Shown here piece after piece: positions 9,870-18,673 of a stretch of DNA of 64,000 nucleotides (position 1 is the stretch's first letter; every line of letters begins with the position of its first letter). The position numbers and the translations under genes are program-made. The DNA is from a bacterium (GTDB taxonomy: Bacteria; Patescibacteriota; Patescibacteriia; JAACEG01; JAGUWE01), in contig JAZDOD010000004.1 in the NCBI GenBank assembly GCA_043798995.1, forward strand, positions 47,860 to 111,859, in the 5' to 3' direction. The notes beneath the pieces are model-generated. The model was given only the letters and a program-made list of their open reading frames with translations. It ran no database searches and was not told the DNA's origin.

Positions 9870-10523
9870 TTATTGAGCTCTCATGGAGATAACATTGAAA
9901 TAGTTAAAAATTCTTTCGGTCAGTTTGGTCAATAGTGTTGCTTCTTCTTTACTAATCAGAGCAAAAATCCAGTCCCAATGTATAGCCACATACTGGCCAA
10001 CCTGAATTTGCTTTTCTAAACTCTGAGGAAAACGAGCGCGAATAAATCTAACTTTGCCAAAACTAACCTTTTTAGCTTTACTGTCCCATTCTACACCTTT
10101 AAAAACTATCCAGGCCTGTTTTTTCCCTTTGCGACCAACGTAGCCGCTCAAAACCAAACAGTTATTAAACCGCTTCTGATTTTTTTTAGTTTCTGCCTGA
10201 AAATCATCTTTTAATAAAACCTGCCAGTTATGATGATAAATAAATTTTTTGCCGCGGATAAGCTTTTCATCACCAAGAGTGTAGGCCTTAACGACCTCTT
10301 GTGAAAACGGATTTTTAAAACCGCGGCTTTTGGCCAATAACTGGCAATTCAATTTGGCATTAACTAAACGGTAAGCTAATTTAATAGCCGGAATTTTTGG
10401 TGACTGACCCTTAATCAAGCAATCGACTGTTTCTTCGATGTTTTGCTGTAAATTTACATTTCCACAAAGTTTTTTCTTAGCCGGACCTAAAGCAAATGCT
10501 AAAATTTGGGTAACTCCTTTCAA
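9870..10523 (-). CDS. hydrogenase-cluster protein, DUF6390-like
   Basis: FA.GP...LCG, VV.AY.LG, HHNWQV, NNC.V, GQYVAIHWDW; TTG start after AGGAGG just past the hypC stop. Confidence 0.65.
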   Translation of the reverse strand: MKGVTQILAFALGPAKKKLCGNVNLQQNIEETVDCLIKGQSPKIPAIKLAYRLVNAKLNCQLLAKSRGFKNPFSQEVVKAYTLGDEKLIRGKKFIYHHNWQVLLKDDFQAETKKNQKRFNNCLVLSGYVGRKGKKQAWIVFKGVEWDSKAKKVSFGKVRFIRARFPQSLEKQIQVGQYVAIHWDWIFALISKEEATLLTKLTERIFNYFNVISMRAQ

Positions 10524-10524
10524 T

Positions 10525-10734
10525 TTATTTTCCTCCTTTCTTAAAGAACTTAAAGATTTCTTTGGCTTGGTTTTTGTTAATTTTTTGGATAATATAAGCA
10601 TTTTGGATTGTAACATAATCCCCTGCTTTAGCAAGGCAAATTTTCATACTCACCGTTTCTTGCCTTTCGTCAATTTCAACAACAGCGGTTTTACCTTTGG
10701 TTGAGATAACTTTGGACGGGATGGTTAGACACAT
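10525..10734 (-). CDS. hypC: HypC/HybG/HupF hydrogenase chaperone
   Basis: MCLTIP N-terminus, GDYV. Confidence 0.85.
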   Translation of the reverse strand: MCLTIPSKVISTKGKTAVVEIDERQETVSMKICLAKAGDYVTIQNAYIIQKINKNQAKEIFKFFKKGGK

Positions 10735-10741
10735 AATAATA

Positions 10742-10828
10742 TAAACTCAAAAGTCAAAGCTCTCCGCCAAAGGCGGATCCGCCTCGGGCGGAAAATGTCA
10801 AAACTTTTGACTTTTAATTTTTAACTTG
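10742..10828. repeat. 30-bp double hairpin inside inverted AAAAGTC-type heptamer arrays
   Basis: TCCGCC-aaa-GGCGGA TCCGCC-tcg-GGCGGA at 10763-10792, flanked by AAAAGTC and TTTTGAC/TTTTAAC units. Confidence 0.85.
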
Positions 10829-10830
10829 GA

Positions 10831-11688
10831 TTATATTACTTCAGCTATATTTTTTATTTCATCATATCTAAAAACCGGGCCCTGATGGCAGACATATTTT
10901 GTACCGATAGCACAATGCTGGCAGACACCGACCCCGCAATGCATCCGCCGTTCAAGCGACAAATAAATGTCGCTGTCGCTAAGGCCTTTAGCTTTTAATT
11001 TTTCCAAAACAAAGCGATACATTATAGGCGGGCCGCATAAATATGCCAAAGCATTTTCCACGATTTTAACTTTATCAAACAAAACTGTTACCACACCAAC
11101 GCACTCTTTCCAGCCCGGACACTCTTTATCAATAGTTAAATGAACGTCAATCCCCTGATCTCGCCACTTTTTTAAATCTTGGCTAAATATAAAATCTTGG
11201 GGGGTGCGGGCACCGTACAAAAGCTGAACTTTAGCGTTTTTGCCTAAAAATTTATTTTTATCCAAAAGCAAAGTCCGAAGCGGAACCAAACCCAACCCAC
11301 CAACTACAATTAAATAATTTTTTCCGCCTAAGGCGGATCCGCCTCTGGCGGAAATTTTTAATTTTGAACTTTTAACTTGAGCGTTAGCGACTGGCCAAAC
11401 CCCATTACCATACGGTCCGCGGAAATTGACCAAATCCCCTACTTTCAAGCTGTGTAGTTTTTCGGTTAAACGGCCAACTTTTCTGACACAAACTTCTAAA
11501 TAATTTTCGCCCAATTTGCCGCAAGGCGCAAACGGCGCTTCGCCATAGCCGGGATAAGAAACCGCGATAATCTGCCCGGGCTGATAAAAAAATTTGGCCG
11601 CCGGCTTAAGCCGAAAAAGTTTGATATTCGGCGCCTCGTCTCTGATTTTAATTATTTTGGCTTGTTTTGGTTGATAAGGATTGAACAT
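10831..11688 (-). CDS. hydrogenase/sulfhydrogenase gamma subunit (FAD/NAD(P)-binding, 2Fe-2S)
   Basis: RGPYGNG, GGLGLVPLR, CGPPIM, ERRMHCGVGVCQHC...C.QGPVF. Confidence 0.9.
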   Translation of the reverse strand: MFNPYQPKQAKIIKIRDEAPNIKLFRLKPAAKFFYQPGQIIAVSYPGYGEAPFAPCGKLGENYLEVCVRKVGRLTEKLHSLKVGDLVNFRGPYGNGVWPVANAQVKSSKLKISARGGSALGGKNYLIVVGGLGLVPLRTLLLDKNKFLGKNAKVQLLYGARTPQDFIFSQDLKKWRDQGIDVHLTIDKECPGWKECVGVVTVLFDKVKIVENALAYLCGPPIMYRFVLEKLKAKGLSDSDIYLSLERRMHCGVGVCQHCAIGTKYVCHQGPVFRYDEIKNIAEVI

Positions 11689-11689
11689 A

Positions 11690-12661
11690 TCAGGAAAGTT
11701 TCTTAATGTCTTCTAAAACCTCATTGATATTAATTTTCGCCGGGCACACGACACTGCAACGATTGCAGCCGATACAACCGGCAAAAGAAAATTCTTCAAA
11801 ATTTCTGACAAACTTATGCCAGTACCAAAAACGAATCCGCTCACCCGTGGTTTTTAAAAACTTAGCGCCGCCGGCTACTTCAGAAAATTCGTGATAAAAA
11901 CAGGAGTCCCACGCTCTTACGCGCTGGCCTTGAGTCGGCTCAATCGCCGGCTCGTCGTCAAGGCGGAAGCAATAACAAGTCGGGCAAATAATAGTGCATT
12001 TGCCGCATTCAATACATCTCTTATCAAGTTCGTCCCATATCTTATTATTTTTTGAACTCTTAAATTTATCATAAATCAATTTATGAAACTTGTTTGGCCC
12101 CTCTTCTTTAATCGGGCCGCTAAACTGGATGTGGCGATAATCAGTAATTTTGTTTTTCTCCAGCAATTTTTGGCCGCGCGAACTGCCGCTGAAAACCTCG
12201 AATTTGTCTTTGTTGATGCCGGCCAGAAAAATATCAAACGGCAGATGCTCCAAAATATCTTCTTCGTATTTTTCTTCAAAGATATTGCTTTCAATTGAAG
12301 GCAAAAAATTATGAGCAATGATTAAAATATTGGCTCGGCGCGCCTGATAATACGGATCTTTTTCAAAAACCTGATCGTAGAGTAAAACCGCTTTTAAATC
12401 TAAAATATTAATGCCGAAAATGGCAATTTTGGGCGCAGTTAAATTTTCCTGAAATTTAAATTTATTGTAATCAAACAAAACCGTCTTTTCCGGCAAAAAA
12501 TATTTTTTAAAGCCATGAAACGGCAATTGGTTTTCCAGTGTTAATTCCGCCGGATCTTTAATTTCTGCTACATCAATAAATTTACCGAATCTCTTAGCGC
12601 CGATAATCCGGTGGTCTTTTTGTAAAAACTTGATTAAATTATTTAATTGCTCTTTGGTCAT
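11690..12661 (-). CDS. hydrogenase/sulfhydrogenase beta subunit (4Fe-4S dicluster)
   Basis: CIECGKCTIICPTCYC, WDSC, CIGCNRCSVVCP. Confidence 0.88.
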   Translation of the reverse strand: MTKEQLNNLIKFLQKDHRIIGAKRFGKFIDVAEIKDPAELTLENQLPFHGFKKYFLPEKTVLFDYNKFKFQENLTAPKIAIFGINILDLKAVLLYDQVFEKDPYYQARRANILIIAHNFLPSIESNIFEEKYEEDILEHLPFDIFLAGINKDKFEVFSGSSRGQKLLEKNKITDYRHIQFSGPIKEEGPNKFHKLIYDKFKSSKNNKIWDELDKRCIECGKCTIICPTCYCFRLDDEPAIEPTQGQRVRAWDSCFYHEFSEVAGGAKFLKTTGERIRFWYWHKFVRNFEEFSFAGCIGCNRCSVVCPAKININEVLEDIKKLS

Positions 12662-12670
12662 ATTTATATA

Positions 12671-12699
12671 ATTATAACAAAAACAATCAAAATTTCCAA
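12671..12699 (-). promoter_or_regulatory. promoter for the hydrogenase operon (near-leaderless)
   Basis: TTGGAA-17 bp-TATAAT with TG extension; the -10 box ends 9 nt before the ATG. Confidence 0.5.
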
Positions 12700-12730
12700 A
12701 TAAAAAAATCCGTCCTTTGTCAATAACTAC

Positions 12731-12758
12731 TTGACATTGTCTTTTGAGTTGCTATAAT
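12731..12758 (+). promoter_or_regulatory. consensus sigma70 promoter of clpB
   Basis: TTGACA-16 bp-TATAAT with extended -10 TG. Confidence 0.8.
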
Positions 12759-12763
12759 TTAAA

Positions 12764-12790
12764 TTAGCACTCTAAACCCGCGAGTGCTAA
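12764..12790 (+). promoter_or_regulatory. CIRCE element (HrcA operator)
   Basis: exact TTAGCACTC-N9-GAGTGCTAA just downstream of the -10 box. Confidence 0.95.
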
Positions 12791-12797
12791 TTTTCAA

Positions 12798-12883
12798 TGT
12801 CATTCCGCACTTGATGCGGAATCCAGAAACCCTGAAATAAATTCAGGATAACAACGTAGATTCCCGCTTGCGCGGGAATGACA
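12798..12883. repeat. TGTCATTCC...GGAATGACA palindromic element in the clpB leader
   Basis: ATTCCGCA-cttga-TGCGGAAT, CCTGAA-ataaa-TTCAGG, ATTCCC-N8-GGGAAT. Confidence 0.8.
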
Positions 12884-12906
12884 CAAGTGTATTAAAATAT
12901 AATTTT

Positions 12907-15540
12907 ATGAACCCCCAAAAATTTACGTCTAAATCACAAGAAGCGCTGATGCGGGCGCAAAATTTTGCCATTGAAAATGGCCAGCAGCAAGTTGACGCGC
13001 TTCATTTGCTTTACGCCCTATTCTCCCAGGAAGAAAGCGCTGTTATTGCTATACTTAAAAAACTTAATTTAGATATCAATGCTATTAAAGCCGAGGTACA
13101 AAAAGAAATTGATCGTCTGCCAAAAATCAGAACCACGGCCGGCGGTGCCATGGCAATTTATGCCAGTTTTGAATTGGCCCAAGTTATTGAACTGGCTGAT
13201 CGGCAGACAGCAAATTTCAAAGACGAATACATCAGCACCGAACATCTCTTTTTAGCCCTGATTGAAGTCAGGTCAAAAGCACGGGAAATTTTACAATTAT
13301 TTAATATCAATTACGACCAAGTTTTAAAAATTTTAGCCGAGGTCCGCGGCACCCAGCGCATTACTGACACCGAGCCGGAAGCAAAATTCCAGGCACTGGA
13401 AAAATATGCTTTGAATTTAACTGAAATGGCTCGCAAAGAAAAACTTGATCCGGTCATCGGCCGCGACGAAGAAATCCGCCGCGTGCTTCAGGTTTTATCC
13501 CGCCGCACTAAAAATAATCCGGTACTGATTGGCGAAGCCGGCGTTGGTAAAACTGCCATTGTTGAAGGGCTGGCCCAGCGAATTGTCGGCGGCGATGTGC
13601 CGGAGACATTAAAAAATAAAGAAATTATTTCCCTGGATTTAGGCGCGCTTTTAGCCGGCGCCAAATTCCGCGGTGAATTTGAAGATCGCCTTAAAGCAGT
13701 GCTTCGCGAAATTAAAGAATCAGCCGGTAAAATTATTGTCTTCATTGACGAACTTCATACTTTAGTCGGCGCCGGCGCGGCCGAAGGCGCCTTGGATGCT
13801 TCTAATATGTTAAAACCAATGCTGGCTCGCGGCGAACTTCATGCCGTTGGCGCCACTACCAGTAAAGAATATCAGCGCCATATTGAACGCGATGCGGCTT
13901 TGGAACGAAGATTCCAGCCGATTCTGGTTAATGAGCCATCGGTTGAAGATACAGTGGCTATGCTGAGGGGTTTAAAGGAAAAATATGAAATTCACCACGG
14001 GGTTCATATTACTGATCAGGCCCTGGTAGCGGCCGCCAACCTTTCCTCTCGCTATATCTCGGATCGTTTTTTGCCGGACAAAGCAGTTGATTTAATTGAT
14101 GAAGCAACTTCAGCTCTTAGAATTGAAATTGATAGTATGCCGACTGAATTGGATCAAGCCAAACGAAAAATTATAAAATTAGAAATTGAAAAACAGGCGC
14201 TACTCAAAGAAAAAACAGACGCCAATAAAAAACGTTTAAAAGAATTAAATCAGGAGCTGGAGGATTTAAAAGAAAAAACTCACGGCCTGGAACTTCGCTG
14301 GAAAGCGGAAAAAGAAATGATTACCCACATCCGCCGCCACAAAAAAGAAATTGAGCAATTAAAAACTCAGGCGGAAATTGCCGAACGCGGAGCTAATTTA
14401 GAAAAAGTGGCTGAAATTCGCTACGGTAAAATTCCTCAACTGGAAACTAAGGTCAAAAATGAACAAAAAAAGTTAGGGCAACTGCAAAAAGATGACGGCA
14501 TTCTTAAGGAAGAAGTGGTTGAAGAAGACATTGCCAAGGTGGTTTCACGCTGGACAGGCATACCTATTGCCAAAATGCTCCAAAGCGAAGTGGAAAAATT
14601 AGCTCATATTGAAGAAGTTCTGAAAAAACGAATTGTTGGTCAAGACGATGCTCTTAAAGCCGTGGCCAATGCTATCAGACGCTCGCGTGCCGGCATTGCT
14701 GAAGAAAAACGGCCGATTGGTTCATTTCTTTTTGTCGGCCCGACCGGCGTGGGTAAAACTGAATTAGCCAAAGCTTTGGCCGAATTTATGTTCAACGATG
14801 AAGAAGCAACAATCCGGCTGGATATGAGCGAATATATGGAGCGTCATTCGATAGCTAAACTTATCGGTTCGCCGCCGGGTTATGTTGGTTATGAAGAAGG
14901 CGGACAACTGACCGAACAAATCCGCCGCCGGCCCTACAGCGTCGTGCTTTTTGATGAAATTGAGAAAGCGCACCCCGAAGTTTTCAATATGCTCTTGCAA
15001 ATTTTGGATGATGGGCGCCTGACCGATGCCAAGGGCCGCACGGTTAACTTTAAAAATACAATTATTATTATGACTTCCAATTTGGGCAATCGGCTGATTC
15101 AAGAATACACTATCGGCTTTGCCCAACATCTGCCGGAAAAGAAAGAAGAAGAATTCAAAACCAAAGAAATACGCGAAAAAATTATGAAAATTTTACGCGA
15201 TCATTTTAAATTGGAATTCTTAAACAGAATTGATGAAATAATTATCTTTAAAGGACTTCAAAAACCGGAGATTGAAAAAATTGTTGAATTGCAGCTTAAG
15301 CAAGTTACCAAACGGCTTTCGGAAAAAAATATTAAAATCAGCGTTACCGATAAAGTTAAAAAATATCTGACTGAAGCCGGCTTTGATCCTCTTTTTGGCG
15401 CCCGTCCGCTGAAACGACTAATCCAAAGTGAAATTCTGGACGAATTAGCGCTTCAAATTATTGAAAATAAAATTAAAGAAGGGGATAAAGTGACTGTTAA
15501 TTTAGGAGAGAAAAATAAGATAAGTTTTAAAATAAGTTAA
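12907..15540 (+). CDS. clpB: ATP-dependent chaperone ClpB
   Basis: two AAA+ modules ([16 protein letters not shown]), long coiled-coil M domain, GARPLKR; start at MNPQKFT. Confidence 0.95.
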   Translation: MNPQKFTSKSQEALMRAQNFAIENGQQQVDALHLLYALFSQEESAVIAILKKLNLDINAIKAEVQKEIDRLPKIRTTAGGAMAIYASFELAQVIELADRQTANFKDEYISTEHLFLALIEVRSKAREILQLFNINYDQVLKILAEVRGTQRITDTEPEAKFQALEKYALNLTEMARKEKLDPVIGRDEEIRRVLQVLSRRTKNNPVLIGEAGVGKTAIVEGLAQRIVGGDVPETLKNKEIISLDLGALLAGAKFRGEFEDRLKAVLREIKESAGKIIVFIDELHTLVGAGAAEGALDASNMLKPMLARGELHAVGATTSKEYQRHIERDAALERRFQPILVNEPSVEDTVAMLRGLKEKYEIHHGVHITDQALVAAANLSSRYISDRFLPDKAVDLIDEATSALRIEIDSMPTELDQAKRKIIKLEIEKQALLKEKTDANKKRLKELNQELEDLKEKTHGLELRWKAEKEMITHIRRHKKEIEQLKTQAEIAERGANLEKVAEIRYGKIPQLETKVKNEQKKLGQLQKDDGILKEEVVEEDIAKVVSRWTGIPIAKMLQSEVEKLAHIEEVLKKRIVGQDDALKAVANAIRRSRAGIAEEKRPIGSFLFVGPTGVGKTELAKALAEFMFNDEEATIRLDMSEYMERHSIAKLIGSPPGYVGYEEGGQLTEQIRRRPYSVVLFDEIEKAHPEVFNMLLQILDDGRLTDAKGRTVNFKNTIIIMTSNLGNRLIQEYTIGFAQHLPEKKEEEFKTKEIREKIMKILRDHFKLEFLNRIDEIIIFKGLQKPEIEKIVELQLKQVTKRLSEKNIKISVTDKVKKYLTEAGFDPLFGARPLKRLIQSEILDELALQIIENKIKEGDKVTVNLGEKNKISFKIS

Positions 15541-15609
15541 AGTCATTTCTTTTTTCTTGTTAATTTTTTCTTTTTTTGCTAAAATAAAGCTGTAAGTTTT
15601 AGAGTAATT

Positions 15610-17034
15610 ATGAATTATAATAAAAAAATGGAGAAAACTGCAGTGAAGATAATTTGTAGCTGCCTGATTTTAAGCGTGGCCTTGCCGGCTTCGTCTTTGA
15701 CCTTTGATCCGAATTATATAATTTCCGATTCGGAGATTACTGATTATACCACTTTGAATTTAGAACAAATCCAATATTTTTTAGTCCGCTATGATAGTTA
15801 TTTAGCTAATTATATTACCGTTGATAATGACGGCCAGGCCAAAAGCGCAGCCCAGATAATTTATGAACGTTCGGTAAATAATAAATTAAACCCGCAGTTT
15901 ATTTTAGTTTTATTGCAAAAAGAGCAAGGGTTGGTTGAGGATGAGGCACCTCAGCCAAGCCAATTAGATTGGGCTACCGGTTACGGTTGTCCGGATAGCG
16001 GCGGTTGCAATTCCCGCTGGCAGGGATTTTTTAAACAAGTCAACTCAGCAACGCTCCAATTTCGCGATTATCTAGATAACCCTCATTTATATAACTATAA
16101 AAAGAATGTCACTTATGTTTTTCAAGACAAAACCGGCGATAACCTAAACATCACTGAGGTTACGCCGATCAATTACGCTACCGCTTCTTTATACAATTAC
16201 ACTCCTCATGTCTATAATGGCAATTATAATTTTTGGCGGCTTTGGCAGGAATATTTTACTAAAAATTATCCTGATGGCGCCCTGCTTCAGGAAAAAGGAA
16301 GTCCTGGCATCTGGCTGATTCAGTACGATAAAAAAAGAGCCTTTATGTCAAAAGCGGCTTTTTTGTCCCGCTATAGTTTGGATAAAGTAATTCAAATAAC
16401 GCACAGTGATTTAGAAAAATATGAAACCGGTGACCCCATCAAATTTGCCCAGTATTCCCTACTTCGCTCACCAAAAGGCACGGTTTATCTTTTAGTTGAC
16501 GAGGCGAAACGTGGCATAACTTCAAGCGCTGTCTTTAAAAAAATCGGCTTTAGTAAAGAAGAAATTATTGATGTTGAATGGAACGATTTAAACTCAATTC
16601 CTGAAGGCCAGCCGATCACTGAAAAAGACATTTATCCAACCGGCGCGCTTCTGCAAAATAGTAAAACCGGCGGCATTTATTTTGTCTACGCCGGTCTAAA
16701 ATATCCACTTTGGGGCAAAGAACTACTAACGATTAATTTTCCTAAGAAAAAAATAATTCCGACCAAACCCCAAGAATTGGAAGCCTGGCCAACCGGTGAT
16801 CCTATTAAAATTAAAGACGGTGAATTAGTCAAAGCAACCGGCAATCCTTCGGTTTATGTTATTTCAAATGGGCAACGCCGGGCAATTACTTCGGCTGAAG
16901 CTTTTGTCGGTTTGGGCTATAAATGGGAATACATTAAGACCGTTTCTGAAAAAGTGCTGAGTTTACATTCTGAAGGCGAACCCTTGGACATTGTTACCAC
17001 CAAACAACCGGAGGTAAACTTAGCAAGCTATTAA
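15610..17034 (+). CDS. secreted protein with an N-terminal lysozyme-like/hemagglutinin-type domain and repeated C-terminal beta modules
   Basis: signal peptide; FDPNYIISD, LLQKEQGL, ATGYGCPD, LYNYTPH; four G.L.......Y......KR repeats. Confidence 0.6.
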   Translation: MNYNKKMEKTAVKIICSCLILSVALPASSLTFDPNYIISDSEITDYTTLNLEQIQYFLVRYDSYLANYITVDNDGQAKSAAQIIYERSVNNKLNPQFILVLLQKEQGLVEDEAPQPSQLDWATGYGCPDSGGCNSRWQGFFKQVNSATLQFRDYLDNPHLYNYKKNVTYVFQDKTGDNLNITEVTPINYATASLYNYTPHVYNGNYNFWRLWQEYFTKNYPDGALLQEKGSPGIWLIQYDKKRAFMSKAAFLSRYSLDKVIQITHSDLEKYETGDPIKFAQYSLLRSPKGTVYLLVDEAKRGITSSAVFKKIGFSKEEIIDVEWNDLNSIPEGQPITEKDIYPTGALLQNSKTGGIYFVYAGLKYPLWGKELLTINFPKKKIIPTKPQELEAWPTGDPIKIKDGELVKATGNPSVYVISNGQRRAITSAEAFVGLGYKWEYIKTVSEKVLSLHSEGEPLDIVTTKQPEVNLASY

Positions 17035-17102
17035 TTTCATTATTTAATTAAAAATTAAAACTGTAATTTTAACTTTTGACTTTTGAATTAACTTTAAATC
17101 AT

Positions 17103-17891
17103 ATGCTCGTCTTTGCAGGCATTACGCCTCATCCACCAATTTTAATTGAAAGTATTGGCAAGGAAAATTTAGAAAAAATTAAAAAAACTCGCGAAGCGCT
17201 TCTTCAATTAGAAGAAGAAATTTATACGGCTAAAACCGAAATCATTATTGTTATTTCGCCTCACGGCGAAGTTCAGCCTGATTATTTTACGGTTAATCTT
17301 AGCCCTAATTTTGAAGGTGATTTTAAAGAATTCGGCGATTTTGTCACCAAATTATCATTCAAAGGTAATAGTCAGTTTGCTCATCAAATCAAAACCGAAG
17401 CCGAAAATAAAATTCCGGTTACTTTGATCAGTTCCCCAACCATAGATCATGGCAGTTTGGTGCCGCTTTATTATCTGACAAGACATCTGCCCAATATCAC
17501 GGTTGTGCCAATAAGCTTTAGCTTGCTTGATTTTAATAAACATCTGCTTTTTGGCCAAATTTTAAAAAGAGCTTGTGTCAAAAGCAATAAACGTATTGCC
17601 ATTGTCGCTTCCGGTGATTTATCGCACCGCTTAACTAAAAACGCGCCGGCGGGTTATTCTCCGGTCGGAAAAGTCTTTGACAAAAAATTAATCCGGGCCA
17701 TTGAAACTAAAAAAACTGATGAAATTTTTGCCTTTGATGATAAATTTATTGAACAGGCCGGGGAATGCGGACTGCGATCTTTCTTAATTTTGCTCGGAGC
17801 TTTAAGTAAGATAAATTACCAACCGGAACTTTTATCCTATGAAGGACCTTTTGGCGTTGGTTATTTAGTTATGAATTTTGTCCTAAGATAA
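17103..17891 (+). CDS. amrB: AmmeMemoRadiSam protein B / MEMO1-like (class III extradiol dioxygenase fold)
   Basis: PHPP, ISPH, DHG, ASGDLSH, GECG, YEGPFGVGY. Confidence 0.85.
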   Translation: MLVFAGITPHPPILIESIGKENLEKIKKTREALLQLEEEIYTAKTEIIIVISPHGEVQPDYFTVNLSPNFEGDFKEFGDFVTKLSFKGNSQFAHQIKTEAENKIPVTLISSPTIDHGSLVPLYYLTRHLPNITVVPISFSLLDFNKHLLFGQILKRACVKSNKRIAIVASGDLSHRLTKNAPAGYSPVGKVFDKKLIRAIETKKTDEIFAFDDKFIEQAGECGLRSFLILLGALSKINYQPELLSYEGPFGVGYLVMNFVLR

Positions 17892-17924
17892 AACGCCCTT
17901 TAAAAATAATAAAGGAGGACTGAA

Positions 17925-18578
17925 GTGAAAATAATTGGTGATTCTGTTTTGTTTTTTAAAAAGATTGTTAAGAAACGCGATGAAATTCTCCTGCCCTGGT
18001 TTAAAAAATACTGGCCGGAAAAATCTTTTTTAGGCGCTAACGCTTTGTGCTTCTACCGAATTATAATTTCTCTTTACATCATTGTTTTGCTTTTTCTTTA
18101 TCCTTTTGGTGAAATTAAGACTCAAATTTTCTTTTGGTTTGTTATTGGTGCTTTTTTTGATTTTCTTGACGGTTTGATTGCCCGGGCAAAAGAGAAAACA
18201 AGCTCGTTCGGCGCTTTTTTGGATCGTTTGGCTGATAAACTTTTGGTTTGTCCAATCTTGTTTTTGTTTTTATGGGATCTGCCGGCTAAATTTACCGCCG
18301 GATGTCTTATTTTTTTGGAAATCACCTCGGTTAGTATTGCCCTTTTGGCTAAGAAAAAAAACATTAACATCTCATCAAATTGGACCGGCAAATGGAAAAT
18401 GATGGCTCAGGTAATTTTGGTATTTATGATTTTTTTGGTTGAGGTGGAATCCTGGCAAAAATATAAATTAATTTATTGGGTTTGGCTGATGATGGGCCTG
18501 TCGTTGGGCAGTTTTATCGGTCATCTTCAGAATTATTGGCAAAACAAAAAAATCAATTTGAATGAATCAAAAAAATAA
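17925..18578 (+). CDS. CDP-alcohol phosphatidyltransferase family protein
   Basis: DFLDGLIAR...S.FGAFLDRLADK signature; strong SD. Confidence 0.85.
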   Translation: MKIIGDSVLFFKKIVKKRDEILLPWFKKYWPEKSFLGANALCFYRIIISLYIIVLLFLYPFGEIKTQIFFWFVIGAFFDFLDGLIARAKEKTSSFGAFLDRLADKLLVCPILFLFLWDLPAKFTAGCLIFLEITSVSIALLAKKKNINISSNWTGKWKMMAQVILVFMIFLVEVESWQKYKLIYWVWLMMGLSLGSFIGHLQNYWQNKKINLNESKK

Positions 18579-18606
18579 GGCGGTTTAAACCGCCTTTTAT
18601 TTTTTT
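18577..18606 (+). terminator. intrinsic terminator
   Basis: AAGGCGGTTTAAACCGCCTT palindrome plus T-run. Confidence 0.7.
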
Positions 18607-18673
18607 AAAAATTCTCTATAATATAACCACCGATGTAAATAACGGCGAATAAAATAATCGGTCAATAATTTCT

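Noticed and set aside
10524-10634. N-terminal extension of the DUF6390-like ORF
   Set aside because: It overlaps hypC; an SD plus TTG at 10523 is the better start.
12868-12906. N-terminal extension of clpB in the ORF track
   Set aside because: The TTG start lies inside the repeat; the ClpB-like sequence begins at ATG 12907.
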